Source: Halieaceae bacterium (GTDB lineage: Bacteria; Pseudomonadota; Gammaproteobacteria; Pseudomonadales; Halieaceae). Taken from it: 64,000 nucleotides of DNA. The first letter of the stretch is position 1; every line of letters begins with the position of its first letter. Under the pieces are notes generated by a model. It was not told where the DNA came from, did no database searches, and worked only from the letters and a program-made list of their open reading frames with translations. Positions 1 to 16,647 of this stretch are shown piece by piece. A program made the translations under genes and the position numbers. The stretch covers positions 4,245 to 68,244 of the forward strand of contig JAZBPS010000429.1 of assembly GCA_036353375.1 (NCBI GenBank), given 5' to 3'.

Positions 1-186
1 GCCCAGCAGCCGGACCATGCACTGGATATACCGCCCGACTGGTACAGCCCCATCGTGCAGCAGGCCGTGTTGCTGCGCGCTGCCAGCCAACCGGCGCTGG
101 CCCGGGACTTCCTCCACTGGCTCACGGGCGACAAGGCCCGTGCGACGATAGAACAGTACGGTTACCGGTTGCCCGATCGTGCTTGA
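1..186 (+). CDS. modA: Molybdate ABC transporter substrate-binding protein, C-terminal fragment (5' end outside window)
   Basis: Frame 1 is open from the window edge to TGA 184-186. Tail ...ARDFLHWLTGDKARATIEQYGYRLPDRA looks like a ModA C-terminus. It overlaps the modB start and is followed by modB-modC. Confidence 0.7.
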   Translation, partial: AQQPDHALDIPPDWYSPIVQQAVLLRAASQPALARDFLHWLTGDKARATIEQYGYRLPDRA

Positions 187-841
187 GGCGCTGTGGATTA
201 CCGTCAAGCTGGCGGCGGTGACCACCCTGTGGCTGCTGGTGCTGGGCACCCCCCTGGCCTGGTGGCTGTCTCGTACCCGCAGCAACCTGTCCCACGCCAT
301 TGAGGCGGTGGTCGCCCTGCCTCTGGTACTGCCCCCGACCGTGCTGGGCTTTTACCTGTTGATTGCCTTTGCCCCCCAGTCCACCCTCGGCCAGGCGTGG
401 CAGGCACTTACCGGCGAACGCCTGGCCTTCAGCTTCAGCGCGCTGGTGATCGGGTCCATCCTCTACTCCCTGCCGTTTGTGGTGCAGCCCCTGCAGGCCG
501 CTTTTCGACAGCTGCCGGAGGGACTGTTACAGGCCGCGGCCAGCCTGGGAGCCTCACCGCTGGATCGCGCTGCCAGCGTGGTCTGGCCGCTGTGCCGACC
601 CAGCTTCATCGCCGCCGCCAGCCTCGGCTTTGCTCACACCGTCGGGGAGTTCGGGGTGGTGCTGATGATTGGCGGCAACATCCCCGGCGAAACCCAGGTG
701 CTGTCCATCGCCCTGTTCGATCGGGTGGAATCCCTGGACTTCGACGCCGCCCACAGCCTCGCCCTGGGCCTGATGCTGTTCTCCCTGGTCACGCTGTTCC
801 TGCTGTACCGGTCCAGCGGCCGCTGGAGTGTCAGGCTGTGA
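179..841 (+). CDS. modB: Molybdate ABC transporter permease
   Basis: 220-aa multi-TM ORF with a permease EAA-type loop (LLQAAASLGASPLDRAASVVWP). It sits between modA and modC with overlapping stops/starts. Confidence 0.9.
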   Translation: MLEALWITVKLAAVTTLWLLVLGTPLAWWLSRTRSNLSHAIEAVVALPLVLPPTVLGFYLLIAFAPQSTLGQAWQALTGERLAFSFSALVIGSILYSLPFVVQPLQAAFRQLPEGLLQAAASLGASPLDRAASVVWPLCRPSFIAAASLGFAHTVGEFGVVLMIGGNIPGETQVLSIALFDRVESLDFDAAHSLALGLMLFSLVTLFLLYRSSGRWSVRL

Positions 842-1926
842 CCGCGCTGTCGCTGAACCTGTCAGCCGAGCGCGGCGATTTTGTGTTGGCCGTGGAGGCA
901 GACATACCTGCCGGCATTACCGGTGTCTACGGTCCCAGCGGCAGCGGAAAAACCAGCCTGCTGATGCGTATCGCCGGCTTGATGCGCGGTGCAGACACAG
1001 ACACGGTGCGCCTGGGTGAGGTGTTGCTGGAGGATGGCTCAACATGGTTGCCGGCTGAACAGCGGGATGTGGCCATGGTGTTTCAGGATGCGCGCCTGTT
1101 TCCGCACCTGTCCGTGGCCGACAACCTTGCCTTCGCCCATCGGCGGCGCCGCCGTGACGGGCCATCCATTGAGCAGGTCAGCGACTGGCTGGGCGTTCGC
1201 GACTGGTGGCAGCGGCTGCCGGCGGCGCTGTCCCGCGGGCAGCAGCAGCGCGTCGCCTTGGCCCGCAGCCTGGTCAATGCCCCCGCCCTGCTGCTGCTGG
1301 ACGAACCCGGCGCCAACGTCGATCCCCAGGGTCGCCGCCAGATGCTGGAGGTGATTGCCGATGTCTGTGCCAGGCAGTCCATGTCAGCCCTGCTGGTCAG
1401 CCACGATATGCGCGATATCGCCGATACCGCCGCGCAACTGCTGGTGCTCGAGCACGGGCAGCTGCTGGCCCAGGGCAGTGTGATGGCTCTTGCCGCCAGT
1501 GTAGAGGGGCCCCTGGCGCGACAACCCGATGCCGCGGCCATCGTCGAAGGCCGGGTAGAGCAACATAACAGCCAGTACGGCCTTACAGAGGTGTCCGTGG
1601 GCGGGCAGACCCTGTGGACAGACCAGACCAGCCGACCGCGGGGCAGCACCGTGCGCCTGCGCTTGCCGGCCCGGGATATCAGCCTGTGCCGCGAAGCGCC
1701 CCGGGCCACCAGCATACTCAATGTCCTGCCCACAGAGGTCACCGCCATAGAAGCCGGCGATGACAACCGTGTGCTGGTGCAGCTCAGGCTGGGGGACCAG
1801 TACCTGCTTGCGCGCATCACGCGCATGTCGCTGGAAAAGCTGGGGCTGCAGGTGGGGGAGCGGGTGTTTGCGCAGCTCAAGAGCACCGCCCTCATCGACA
1901 CTGCCCGGGGCATCTATGACGAATAG
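838..1926 (+). CDS. modC: Molybdate ABC transporter ATP-binding protein with C-terminal TOBE-like domain
   Basis: GTG 838 overlaps the modB stop (GTGA). Walker A GPSGSGKTS, signature LSRGQQQRVALAR, Walker B LLLLDEP. The ORF-track start at 397 lies inside modB and was not used. Confidence 0.9.
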   Translation: MTALSLNLSAERGDFVLAVEADIPAGITGVYGPSGSGKTSLLMRIAGLMRGADTDTVRLGEVLLEDGSTWLPAEQRDVAMVFQDARLFPHLSVADNLAFAHRRRRRDGPSIEQVSDWLGVRDWWQRLPAALSRGQQQRVALARSLVNAPALLLLDEPGANVDPQGRRQMLEVIADVCARQSMSALLVSHDMRDIADTAAQLLVLEHGQLLAQGSVMALAASVEGPLARQPDAAAIVEGRVEQHNSQYGLTEVSVGGQTLWTDQTSRPRGSTVRLRLPARDISLCREAPRATSILNVLPTEVTAIEAGDDNRVLVQLRLGDQYLLARITRMSLEKLGLQVGERVFAQLKSTALIDTARGIYDE

Positions 1927-2905
1927 CACAGACAACCAGCATCCCTACGACAGCCTGTCCCCCGAATGCATCATGGCGGCGGTGGAATCGCGGGGGTACC
2001 TCTGTGATGCCCGCCTGCTGGCCCTGAACAGCTACGAGAACCGGGTGTACCAGGTGGGGCTGGAGGACGAGACGCCGGTGATCGCCAAGTTCTACCGGCC
2101 GGGGCGCTGGAGTCGGGAGCAGATTCGCGAAGAGCACGATTTCGCCCAGGCCCTGGTGGAAGCGGATATCTCGGTGGTGGCACCCCTCGCCGATGCCAGC
2201 GGCGAAACCCTGCACGAGCACGCGGGCTTCCTGTTCGCCCTGTTCCAGCGCCGCGGCGGTCATCCCCCGGAGCTGGACAACCCGGACAACCTGCTGGTGC
2301 TGGGCCGCACCCTTGGCCGCATACACGCGGTGGGGCAAAGCGCTGAATTCCAGCATCGCCTGCGCCTCAATCGACAGCGCTGGTTGATCGACAGCTACCA
2401 GTTTGTCGCCGAGCATTGCGTGCCACAGGATTTGCGCACGGCCTACGTCACCCTGGTGGAAGACCTGGTCCCCCGCGTGGACGCGCAGTGGCGTGAGACC
2501 CGCTTCATCCGCTGTCACGGCGACTGCCACGTGGGCAATATCCTGTGGCGCGACGAGGTGGCGCACTTCGTTGACCTGGACGACTGCATGCAGGCACCCG
2601 CCATCCAGGACCTGTGGATGTTCCTGAGCGGCGATCGCCAGCAACAGCTGGCACAGCTGGACGAGCTGCTGTCAGGTTACGAGGAGTTCTGCGATTTCAA
2701 TCCGGCGGAGCTGGCCATGATTGAATGCCTGCGAACCCTGCGCATCGTGCACTACGCCGCCTGGCTGGGCCGGCGCTGGTCAGACCCGGCATTGCCGCGC
2801 AGCTTTCCCTGGTTTGGTGATGGCCGCTACTGGTCCAGCCATATCCTGGAGCTGCGTGAGCAACTGGTGGCCTTTGACCAGCCACCCCTGAGTCTTTACC
2901 CCTGA
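1916..2905 (+). CDS. srkA: Stress-response Ser/Thr kinase, YihE/RdoA family
   Basis: ATG 1916 overlaps the modC 3' end by 11 nt. Kinase motifs HGDCHVGNILW and FVDLDD. N-terminus YDSLSPECIMAAVESRGY is typical of the family. Confidence 0.8.
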   Translation: MTNSTDNQHPYDSLSPECIMAAVESRGYLCDARLLALNSYENRVYQVGLEDETPVIAKFYRPGRWSREQIREEHDFAQALVEADISVVAPLADASGETLHEHAGFLFALFQRRGGHPPELDNPDNLLVLGRTLGRIHAVGQSAEFQHRLRLNRQRWLIDSYQFVAEHCVPQDLRTAYVTLVEDLVPRVDAQWRETRFIRCHGDCHVGNILWRDEVAHFVDLDDCMQAPAIQDLWMFLSGDRQQQLAQLDELLSGYEEFCDFNPAELAMIECLRTLRIVHYAAWLGRRWSDPALPRSFPWFGDGRYWSSHILELREQLVAFDQPPLSLYP

Positions 2906-2908
2906 CGC

Positions 2909-3631
2909 TCAGTCCGTGCGGCGCGGCGCAATGACCGCTCGCAGCCAGTTGAAGAAGCTGTTCTTGCCCAGCAGGTCGCGCTCCACTGCATCGAAAAAGC
3001 GCGCCAGCTTCTCCGGGTCGCCGAAGTAGTCGGCCCGGGTCTTGAAGCCCTGGGACGGATCCAGCTCTTTAACCACCTTCGCCGGGTTCCCCGCCACCAC
3101 CACGTTGGCCGGCACGTCCCTGGTCACCACCGCCCGGGCCGCCACCACACTGTTCTCACCAATGGTCACGCCCTTGAGGATAGTGGCGTGGTCGCCAATC
3201 CAGGCGTTGTTGCCGATGTGGACGGGGCGCACGCTGGCGTCGCGCGCCGTGCGGTCGTAGAGGCTGTGCCAGTCGGAGTCGGTGATGTAGGCGCCGTTGG
3301 CGATCATCACATTGTCGCCAATCACAATCTCGTCAGAGGCGCTGATGCGGGTACCCGGACTGATCAGCACATAGTCACCGATGGTAATGGAGCCCGTGTC
3401 CAGCTCCCGCCCCCACACGCCCAGCGCCACCGGCGCGGCGCGCTCGCCGATCAGGGTCACCGATTTGCCGATGCGGATATTGGGCCCGGATATCTTCACA
3501 TACCAGGGGCTCATGATGGTGTGGTGATCCCCCAGCGCATCGCAGGCCGGGCGTATGAAGTGTTCGGCGTACCAGTGCCGGAAGCGCAGCCAGGCACGCT
3601 TCAGCCAGTACGGGCGCAGGTCTTTTCGCAT
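2909..3631 (-). CDS. Hexapeptide-repeat (left-handed beta-helix) acyl/acetyltransferase
   Basis: Repeated [LIV]G-x4 hexapeptides (IGDNVMIANGAYI, IGNNAWIGDHATI, IGENSVVAARAVV). Start is uncertain: ATG 3631 is preferred, because the TTG at 3709 would overlap the divergent MTase start; ATG 3664 is also possible. Confidence 0.75.
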   Translation of the reverse strand: MRKDLRPYWLKRAWLRFRHWYAEHFIRPACDALGDHHTIMSPWYVKISGPNIRIGKSVTLIGERAAPVALGVWGRELDTGSITIGDYVLISPGTRISASDEIVIGDNVMIANGAYITDSDWHSLYDRTARDASVRPVHIGNNAWIGDHATILKGVTIGENSVVAARAVVTRDVPANVVVAGNPAKVVKELDPSQGFKTRADYFGDPEKLARFFDAVERDLLGKNSFFNWLRAVIAPRRTD

Positions 3632-3699
3632 GCCTTGATGGTCTCGTAAGCGGGCCCGTATCATGGCAAACCGCCCGGGCAACATCAAACCGACCCACC

Positions 3700-4383
3700 A
3701 TGGATGCAAATTCCCGCCCCGTACACAGCAGCCAGCCGGGCTGTCATACGCAGCTGGCCAGCGTTGTACGACGCCATCTGCAAAAGCCCAGCCGACGGCC
3801 GGCGGCGCCTCACACCCTGGCGGCCTTTGAAACGGTGCGCGCCTGGGTGGAACACGCCGGGCGGCCGCTGATTCTCGACGCCTACTGCGGCACCGGCATG
3901 AGCACCGCCGCCCTCGCCCGGACCTTCCCCGACCACAGCGTGATCGGCATCGACAAGTCCCGCCACCGCCTCGACAAGCACGCGCCTGCGGAGCTGGTGA
4001 ACTACCGACTGGTGCAGGCTGACTGCGGGGATTTCTGGCGGCTGGCGGCGGCAGCGGGCTGGCGGGCCGAACAACAGTGGCTGCTGTACCCCAATCCCTG
4101 GCCCAAGCCGGGACAGCTGCAGCGCCGTGTGCACGGCTCCGCAGACTTCCCCGCCCTGCTGGCCCTGGGCGGCCAACTGGAGCTGCGCAGTAACTGGCCG
4201 GTCTACGTGGAAGAGTTCGCGGAGGCGCTGCGCATCGCCGGGCAGCAGGCGACGGTCGAGCCGCTGACGCCCGCCCCGGCCATGACCCTGCACGAACGCA
4301 AGTACGCTGACAGCGGCCACCCCCTGTGGCGCTGCCGGTGTCGAGTACGCGACAATACCACTACACACTTGAGCACCCGGTGA
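3700..4383 (+). CDS. Class I SAM-dependent methyltransferase, TrmB-like
   Basis: Motif I ILDAYCGTGMST and a TrmB-like YPNPWPK segment. Exact substrate unknown. Confidence 0.6.
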   Translation: MDANSRPVHSSQPGCHTQLASVVRRHLQKPSRRPAAPHTLAAFETVRAWVEHAGRPLILDAYCGTGMSTAALARTFPDHSVIGIDKSRHRLDKHAPAELVNYRLVQADCGDFWRLAAAAGWRAEQQWLLYPNPWPKPGQLQRRVHGSADFPALLALGGQLELRSNWPVYVEEFAEALRIAGQQATVEPLTPAPAMTLHERKYADSGHPLWRCRCRVRDNTTTHLSTR

Positions 4384-4387
4384 CATC

Positions 4388-5194
4388 ATGATGCACGCCA
4401 GCGCTGATCCGGTCTGGGACCGGATTCGCAAAGAGACCGCCGCAGAGGCCACCAAGGAACCCATCCTGGCGAGCTTCCTGCACGCCACCATCCTGAATCA
4501 CAACCGGCTGGAGTCTGCCCTGAGCTTTCACCTCGCCTATATGCTGGACAGCCCCACTGCATCGGCGCTGCTGCTGCGCGAGGTGATTGAACAGGCCTTC
4601 GACTCCTGCACCAGTATCGGCGAGGCCATTCGCGCCGACCTGCTGGCGATTGAGGAGCGCGACTCCGCCTGCAACAGCCTGTATGTGCCGTTCATTTACT
4701 TCAAAGGTTTTCACGCCCTGCAGGCGCACCGGGTGGCGCACTGCCTGTGGGGGGCGGGGCGTCACTCACTGGCGCTGTTCTTCCAGAACCGGGTGTCCAG
4801 CAAGTTCGCCGTGGACATACACCCCGCCGCCCGCATTGGCCGGGGCATCCTGCTGGATCACGCCACCGGCGTGGTGATTGGTGAGACCGCAGTGGTGGGC
4901 AACAACGTGTCCATCCTGCAATCGGTGACACTGGGCGGTACCGGCAAGGAAGAAGGCGACCGCCACCCCAAGGTGGGCAACGGGGTGCTGATCAGTGCCG
5001 GCGCCAAGATCCTTGGCAACATCAAGGTGGGCGACGGCGCCAAGGTCGGCGCCGGCAGTGTCGTGCTACAGGATGTGCCGCCGCATACCACAGTCGCCGG
5101 CGTGCCGGCGAAAGTAGTGGGCAAACCCAGCTCGGAGAACCCCGCGCTGGATATGGATCACGATTTCCCCTGCAACGGGGACACCTGGGACTGA
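4388..5194 (+). CDS. cysE: Serine O-acetyltransferase
   Basis: N-terminal SATase helical region (VWDRIRKE...EPILASFLHATILNH) followed by a hexapeptide C-terminus (IGETAVVGNNVSILQSVTLGGTG...HPKVGNGVLISAGAKILGNI). Confidence 0.9.
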   Translation: MMHASADPVWDRIRKETAAEATKEPILASFLHATILNHNRLESALSFHLAYMLDSPTASALLLREVIEQAFDSCTSIGEAIRADLLAIEERDSACNSLYVPFIYFKGFHALQAHRVAHCLWGAGRHSLALFFQNRVSSKFAVDIHPAARIGRGILLDHATGVVIGETAVVGNNVSILQSVTLGGTGKEEGDRHPKVGNGVLISAGAKILGNIKVGDGAKVGAGSVVLQDVPPHTTVAGVPAKVVGKPSSENPALDMDHDFPCNGDTWD

Positions 5195-5199
5195 GCGCC

Positions 5200-6263
5200 T
5201 CAGCTGTGGTACTGGGGTGACAGCTCCTGCACCGCGTCGACAAAGGCCGTGACATGGTCCGGGTCGATGTCAGGCGTGATACCGTGGCCGAGATTGAACA
5301 CATGGCCACTGCCGCTGCCGTAGCTGGCCAGGATTTTTGCCACTTCGGCACGGATCGCTGCCGGCTCAGCCCGTAGCCAGGCCGGGTCCAGATTGCCCTG
5401 CAGGGCGACCTTGTCACCCACCCGGGCCCGGGCCTTGCCGATATCGCAGGTCCAGTCCAGCCCCAGGCAGTCGGCGCCGGTCTCTGCCATGGCCTCCAGC
5501 CACTGTCCGCCGTTCTTGGTAAACAGGATGATGGGCAGGCGACGCCCCTCACTCTCCCGGGGCAGCTGTTCGACAATGCGCTGCATATAGGCCAGGGAGA
5601 ACTCCTGGTAGGCCGCTTCGCTGAGCGCGCCGCCCCAGGTATCGAATATCTGCACAGCCTGGGCACCGGCCTCGATCTGGGCCTTCAGGTAATCGGCCAC
5701 GGAGTCCGCCAGCACGCTGAGCAGCTGGTGCATCACCTCGGGCTGGTTGAACGCCATGGTCTTGGCGCGGGCGAAGTCTTTTGAGCTGCCGCCTTCCACC
5801 ATATAGGTGGCCAGGGTCCAGGGACTGCCGGAGAAGCCGATCAGCGGCACGCTGCCCGCCAACGCCTCGCGTATGGTGCGAACAGCATTCACCACGTAGT
5901 CGAGGTCCGAGCGGGCATCGACCACTTTCAGCGCCGCCACCTCGGCCTCGGTGCGCACCGGCTTGTGGAAGCGCGGCCCCTCGTTCTCCACAAAGTGGAG
6001 GCCCAGCCCCATGGCATCGGGAATGGTGAGGATGTCGGAAAACAGTATGGCTGCGTCCATGGGATAGCGGCGCAGGGGCTGCAGGGTTACTTCACAGGCA
6101 AGCTCTGCATTTTTGCACAAATCGAGGAAGGAGCCCGCCTCGGCGCGGGTCGCGCGGTACTCAGGCAGATAGCGCCCGGCCTGCCGCATCATCCACAGGG
6201 GTGTACGGTCTACAGGTTCCCGCAGCAAAGCGCGCAGGAACCGGTCGTTTTTCAATTCGCTCA

Positions 6264-6264
<1 letters not shown>
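5200..6264 (-). CDS. hemE: Uroporphyrinogen decarboxylase
   Basis: Classic N-terminus [34 protein letters not shown]; 354 aa. Confidence 0.95.
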
Positions 6265-12135
<5,871 letters not shown>

Positions 12136-12323
12136 AAAGGGTCCTAACAGTTTTGGGTGTACAACCGGTTACACGGGACGCGCACCGGAGGCCGGGTGAA
12201 CGCCAAAAGGCCGGCAATTTTACACAGAATGCGGTTGTGCGAACAATGAGGGCGCCACCGTGAGAAGGCGTCGCAATCTGCGTAATTATACGGAGCGTCG
12301 CGGGCAAACGCCCACAGCTGTGG

Positions 12324-13427
12324 TCAGGCGGCCGCGTAGGCCTCCAGCAGCGCGGTCAGTGCGCTGCGCGGCACGTCATCGACCACCCGCGCGGCGCCGA
12401 TGGCATCCAGCAGGATCAGTCGCAGCCGGCCGTCTATGACCTTTTTGTCCCGCTGCATGAGTTTGAGAAAGGTCTCCGCATCCATATCCGCAGGTGGCTG
12501 GGTGGGCAGCCCCGCCTGCACCAGCAGCTGCTCGAGGGGTGCCAGCTCCTGCTCCGGCAGCCCGCAGTGCTGCACCGACAACCGGGCCGCAATCGCCATG
12601 CCGGCTGCCACAGCTTCACCGTGCAGCCAGCTGCCGTAGCCCTGCGCGGTTTCGATGGCGTGACCAAAGGTGTGGCCGTAGTTGAGCAGCGCGCGCTGAC
12701 CCGATTCGCGCTCATCCGCCGCTACTACCGCTGCCTTGTTGCGGCAGGAGCGCTCTATCGCCTCGGCCAGCGGGGCCTCTTCCAGGGCCCGCAGTGCCGC
12801 CATGTTTTGCTGCAGCCAGCGGTAGAAAGGCTCATCACCGATCAGGCCGTACTTGATAATCTCGGCAAGACCCGCCGACAACTCCCGCGCTGGCAAGGTG
12901 GTAAGGGTGTCGAGATCAATCAGCACTGCCGCGGGCTGGTAAAAGGCGCCGATCATGTTTTTGCCCAGGGCGTGATTGACCGCGGTTTTGCCGCCCACAG
13001 AGCTATCGACCTGGGAAAGCAGGGTGGTGGGCAACTGCAGGAAGTTCACGCCGCGCTGGTAGGTCGCCGCTGCGAAGCCGACGGTGTCACCGACCACGCC
13101 GCCACCCAGCGCTATCAGGGTGGTGCTGCGGTTGTGGCCGTCCTCCAGCAGTCGGTCATAAATCAGGTTGAGGGTATCCAGGGTTTTGTGCTGCTCACCG
13201 TCGGGTAGAACAATGTGGGTCAGCTTGTCTACATGCTGGTCCCCCAGCGCGTCCAGCACGCGCCGGGCGTAGAGCGGGGCCACCGTCTCGTTACTGACCA
13301 GAGCGACCTGCCGCCCGCTGATGTGGGGCAACAGCAACGCGGGATCAGCCAGCAAGCCACGGCCGATGTAGATCGGGTAGCTACGCTCGCCCAGTTCGAC
13401 CTGCAGGGTTTGCCGTGGCAAGGCCAT
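12324..13427 (-). CDS. aroB: 3-dehydroquinate synthase
   Basis: 367 aa, motifs [32 protein letters not shown]. Forms an aroK-aroB pair. Confidence 0.95.
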   Translation of the reverse strand: MALPRQTLQVELGERSYPIYIGRGLLADPALLLPHISGRQVALVSNETVAPLYARRVLDALGDQHVDKLTHIVLPDGEQHKTLDTLNLIYDRLLEDGHNRSTTLIALGGGVVGDTVGFAAATYQRGVNFLQLPTTLLSQVDSSVGGKTAVNHALGKNMIGAFYQPAAVLIDLDTLTTLPARELSAGLAEIIKYGLIGDEPFYRWLQQNMAALRALEEAPLAEAIERSCRNKAAVVAADERESGQRALLNYGHTFGHAIETAQGYGSWLHGEAVAAGMAIAARLSVQHCGLPEQELAPLEQLLVQAGLPTQPPADMDAETFLKLMQRDKKVIDGRLRLILLDAIGAARVVDDVPRSALTALLEAYAAA

Positions 13428-13437
13428 GAAGACTCCA

Positions 13438-13956
13438 TCAATCCTGTTTCAATAATTGCACCAGGCGGCTCACCACTTGCCGTGGCGGCTCGCCATCCGT
13501 CTCCATGACGTGGGCGGCTATTTCCCGGTACAGGGGGTCGCGTTGTGCCATCAACTCGGCGAGCCTGGCGGCCGGATCTTCCACCTGCAGCAGCGGCCGG
13601 TTGCGGTCACGGGCGGTGCGCTGCACCTGGCGTTCCAGCGACGCGTAAAGGTAAACCACCACGCCGCGACTGGCCAGCAGCTCGCGATTCTCCGCCCGCA
13701 GCACGGCACCGCCGCCGGTGGCCAGCACGATACCGCTGCGCTCAGTGAGCTCGGCGATCGCCCGGGCTTCGCGCTCGCGAAAGCCCTCCTCGCCCTCCAC
13801 GTCAAAGATCCACGGTATGTCCGCCCCGGCACGGGCTTCGATTTCAAGGTCGGAGTCGACGAAGTCCAGCTTCAGGGACTGCGCCAGCAGGCGGCCGATG
13901 GTGGTTTTCCCGGCGCCCATGGGGCCGACCAGGAAAACCTTGTCCGGTACCGACAT
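13438..13956 (-). CDS. aroK: Shikimate kinase
   Basis: 172 aa, Walker [13 protein letters not shown]. Sits between pilQ and aroB as in many gammaproteobacteria. Confidence 0.95.
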   Translation of the reverse strand: MSVPDKVFLVGPMGAGKTTIGRLLAQSLKLDFVDSDLEIEARAGADIPWIFDVEGEEGFREREARAIAELTERSGIVLATGGGAVLRAENRELLASRGVVVYLYASLERQVQRTARDRNRPLLQVEDPAARLAELMAQRDPLYREIAAHVMETDGEPPRQVVSRLVQLLKQD

Positions 13957-13958
13957 AC

Positions 13959-16097
13959 TCAGTCGATAAGCGTCTCGGCGAGGATCCGCGGCGTGATGAA
14001 AATCAGCGTCTCGGTCTTGGTATTCTGGTTGCTGACGTTGCGGAAGAACGTGCCGAGGTAGGGAATATCGCCGAAGAACGGCACCTTGGAAACGTTGCGG
14101 ATATCCTCGGTCTGGAATACACCGCCCAGCACCACCGTCTCCCCGTTGCCCACCAGCACCTGTGTGGTCAGCTGGGTGATATCGATAGACGGAATCACGT
14201 CGCCGAAGCCGCTGGGCACCAGCTCGCCGATGGAGTCCTGGTTAATCACCAGGTCCAGCAGTATCCGATCGTCCGGTGTGATGTTAGGTGTGACGTCCAG
14301 CACCAGCGCGGCTTCCTTGAAGGCTACCGTGGTCTGGCCGTTAGGTGCGGTTTGCTGGAACGGCACCTCCCTGCCCGACTTGATCGTTGCCTGCTGCTTG
14401 TCACCGGTGATCACCTTGGGCTGGGAAACCACTTCACCGTTGCCCTGGGACTCCAGCGCCGACAGCTCTGCGGTCAGGAACAGATCGTTGGAGGTATAGC
14501 CAATGGCAAAGGAGCCCGGCGCCTGCGCCACGCCCAGGTCAACCAGCAGTGCGCCCGGGAAGGTCAGCTGCGGATCCTGGCCGTTAATGACCGACTGGTT
14601 GAGGTTAACCACGTTGTCGAGATCGCCGGCGATAGAGGTCACATCGTCGTCGCCCACGTCCAGCGCACCGCCACCCCAGCGGATACCCAGTTCCTCGGCC
14701 ACGTCGGTGGACGCGATCACAATGCGCGCCTCAATCATCACCTGGCGAATGGGGATATCCACCCGGTCGATCAGGCGACGCACCTCCGCCAGCTTGGCGG
14801 CCGTCTCGGTAATGATGAGAGAGTTGGTGCGTTCGTCGACAATCAGTGAACCCCGGCCTGAGACCATGGATCCGCCCTCTTCACTGCCGCCTGACAGCAG
14901 CGACACGATGTTTGCGGCACTGGCATAGCGAATACGGATGAACTCGGTCTGCAGGGGGGCCAGTTCGGCGATCTGCCGGTTGGCCTCAATTTCCTGGCGC
15001 TCACGCTCCGCGATTTCCGCCGCGGGCGCGACCATCAGCACATTGCCCATCTGGCGCTTGTCCAGCCCTTTGGTCTTCAACACAAGGTCCAGCGCCTGGT
15101 CCCAGGGGACGTTCTGCAGCCGCAGGGTGATGCGGCCGGTCACGGTGTCACTGGCGACCAGGTTCAACTCGGTGAAGTCGGCGATCAGCTGCAGCACCGC
15201 CCGCACCTCAATGTCCTGGAAGTTCAGCGACAGGCGGTCACCGACGTAGTTGAACTCGCTCTTGCGTGCTTCCACCTCTTCCGGCGTCAGGGGCTTCACC
15301 GCTACCACGTACTGCTCATCGGTCTGGTAGGCCAGGTAGTCGTAATCGCCCGTGGCGTCCAGCGACAGGATGACGCCGGTTTCCGTGGGCGTCACCTCGA
15401 TATCTGATACGGGCGTCGCGAAGTCCGTAACATCATAGCGGCGCAGTAACTCCTCCACCGCAATGGCGTCGATGAATTCGACCTTGATCACCCCGCCCTC
15501 GCTATAGACGTTGACGTCCACGCTGGGGTCGCTGAGGGTGAGCATCAGGCGGCCTTCGCCGTCCTCGCTGCGCTGGAACTCCAGCTCTTTTATCTCCACT
15601 CGCGGGTCAACCGCCGCCACTTCACTGCTGGGCACCCGGAAGGGGTCGGCAATGGGCTTCAGGTAATCGTCGGCGCCCTCATTGCCCACTTCCACGATAA
15701 GCGCATTGCCGCTCACGCGGGTCGAATAGGGCACCAGTTTGACGAGGTTAACAATCATGCGGGTGCGATCACCGGACTCCACCACTACCACGCCGGTGGC
15801 ATTGCCGTAGGGCAGTGCGTACTTCTTGCTATCCAGGGCACTGGAGGTTTGCGGCAGGTCCATGGCAATGCGCGCGGGTCGCTCGATGGTATAGGCCTCC
15901 GGTGTGGGGGGCGGTCCGTCGAACTCCAGGCGAATCTCAAACTTGCTTCCGGGCCTGGCGTTGAAACTGATGTCCTGAACCGACACTTTGGCTGCCGCCA
16001 GCGGACTTGCCAGTAGCAGGCCCAGCGCTGCCAGCGCTCCCCAAAGGCCCCTGCGCGCCGCGCGCTCACCGGATGCTTTTTTCATTGTTCTGTCCAT
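13959..16097 (-). CDS. pilQ: Type IV pilus secretin
   Basis: Signal peptide, two AMIN-like N-terminal repeats and a secretin C-terminus ([15 protein letters not shown]). ATG 16097 (GGTGA 5 nt upstream) or ATG 16085 are the likely starts. The track start at 16157 would overlap pilP. Confidence 0.9.
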   Translation of the reverse strand: MDRTMKKASGERAARRGLWGALAALGLLLASPLAAAKVSVQDISFNARPGSKFEIRLEFDGPPPTPEAYTIERPARIAMDLPQTSSALDSKKYALPYGNATGVVVVESGDRTRMIVNLVKLVPYSTRVSGNALIVEVGNEGADDYLKPIADPFRVPSSEVAAVDPRVEIKELEFQRSEDGEGRLMLTLSDPSVDVNVYSEGGVIKVEFIDAIAVEELLRRYDVTDFATPVSDIEVTPTETGVILSLDATGDYDYLAYQTDEQYVVAVKPLTPEEVEARKSEFNYVGDRLSLNFQDIEVRAVLQLIADFTELNLVASDTVTGRITLRLQNVPWDQALDLVLKTKGLDKRQMGNVLMVAPAAEIAERERQEIEANRQIAELAPLQTEFIRIRYASAANIVSLLSGGSEEGGSMVSGRGSLIVDERTNSLIITETAAKLAEVRRLIDRVDIPIRQVMIEARIVIASTDVAEELGIRWGGGALDVGDDDVTSIAGDLDNVVNLNQSVINGQDPQLTFPGALLVDLGVAQAPGSFAIGYTSNDLFLTAELSALESQGNGEVVSQPKVITGDKQQATIKSGREVPFQQTAPNGQTTVAFKEAALVLDVTPNITPDDRILLDLVINQDSIGELVPSGFGDVIPSIDITQLTTQVLVGNGETVVLGGVFQTEDIRNVSKVPFFGDIPYLGTFFRNVSNQNTKTETLIFITPRILAETLID

Positions 16098-16111
16098 GAC
16101 AGTCACCATTA

Positions 16112-16645
16112 TCAGTTCAGGCCCGCCAGCTTGATCGTGCGCGGACGCTCGACCCAACCGTCAGTACCGTCGGAAACAATTTCAATGACGGCCACGTAGG
16201 TGTCCGTCATTTCAACAATCTTGCCGTGGTTGCGGCCCAGATAATTACCCACCCGGACCCGGTGTACCCCGCCCTCGGGATCGCGAATCAGGCACCAGTC
16301 AACGCCGGCGCGGGACAGGGTGCCCACCATGCCAAGGGAATCGAACGTGAACTGCTCGAGAAACTCCTTGGGCCGGTTTTCATCGGGCTCTACCGTGGAC
16401 ACGGACTGCAGCTCCGAAATCTCGCGAATCTCAATGGGGCGGTCGAAGGGACTGCGCAAACTCGTGGCGCTGTAGGTAAACGCCTTGTAGGCCTTGAAGG
16501 CCGGGATGGGCGGAATCACCCCGCCTGGGCGGGAACGCTTTTCTTCCATAAAGGCATCGAGGTCGGCGAACTCATCGCTGGAACAGGCGCTCAGCAGGAC
16601 TACAAGCCCCAGAGCGAGCAGACGGTTTGTATTCAGGCTTGCCAT
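16112..16645 (-). CDS. pilP: Type IV pilus assembly lipoprotein
   Basis: 177 aa with lipobox LLSAC; position within pilMNOPQ. Confidence 0.85.
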   Translation of the reverse strand: MASLNTNRLLALGLVVLLSACSSDEFADLDAFMEEKRSRPGGVIPPIPAFKAYKAFTYSATSLRSPFDRPIEIREISELQSVSTVEPDENRPKEFLEQFTFDSLGMVGTLSRAGVDWCLIRDPEGGVHRVRVGNYLGRNHGKIVEMTDTYVAVIEIVSDGTDGWVERPRTIKLAGLN

Positions 16646-16647
16646 GC

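Noticed and set aside
397-837. ORF-track extension of modC upstream to 397 (509 aa).
   Set aside because: The extension lies entirely inside modB in another frame and translates to low-complexity sequence. The conserved ModC N-terminus begins at GTG 838, which overlaps the modB stop.
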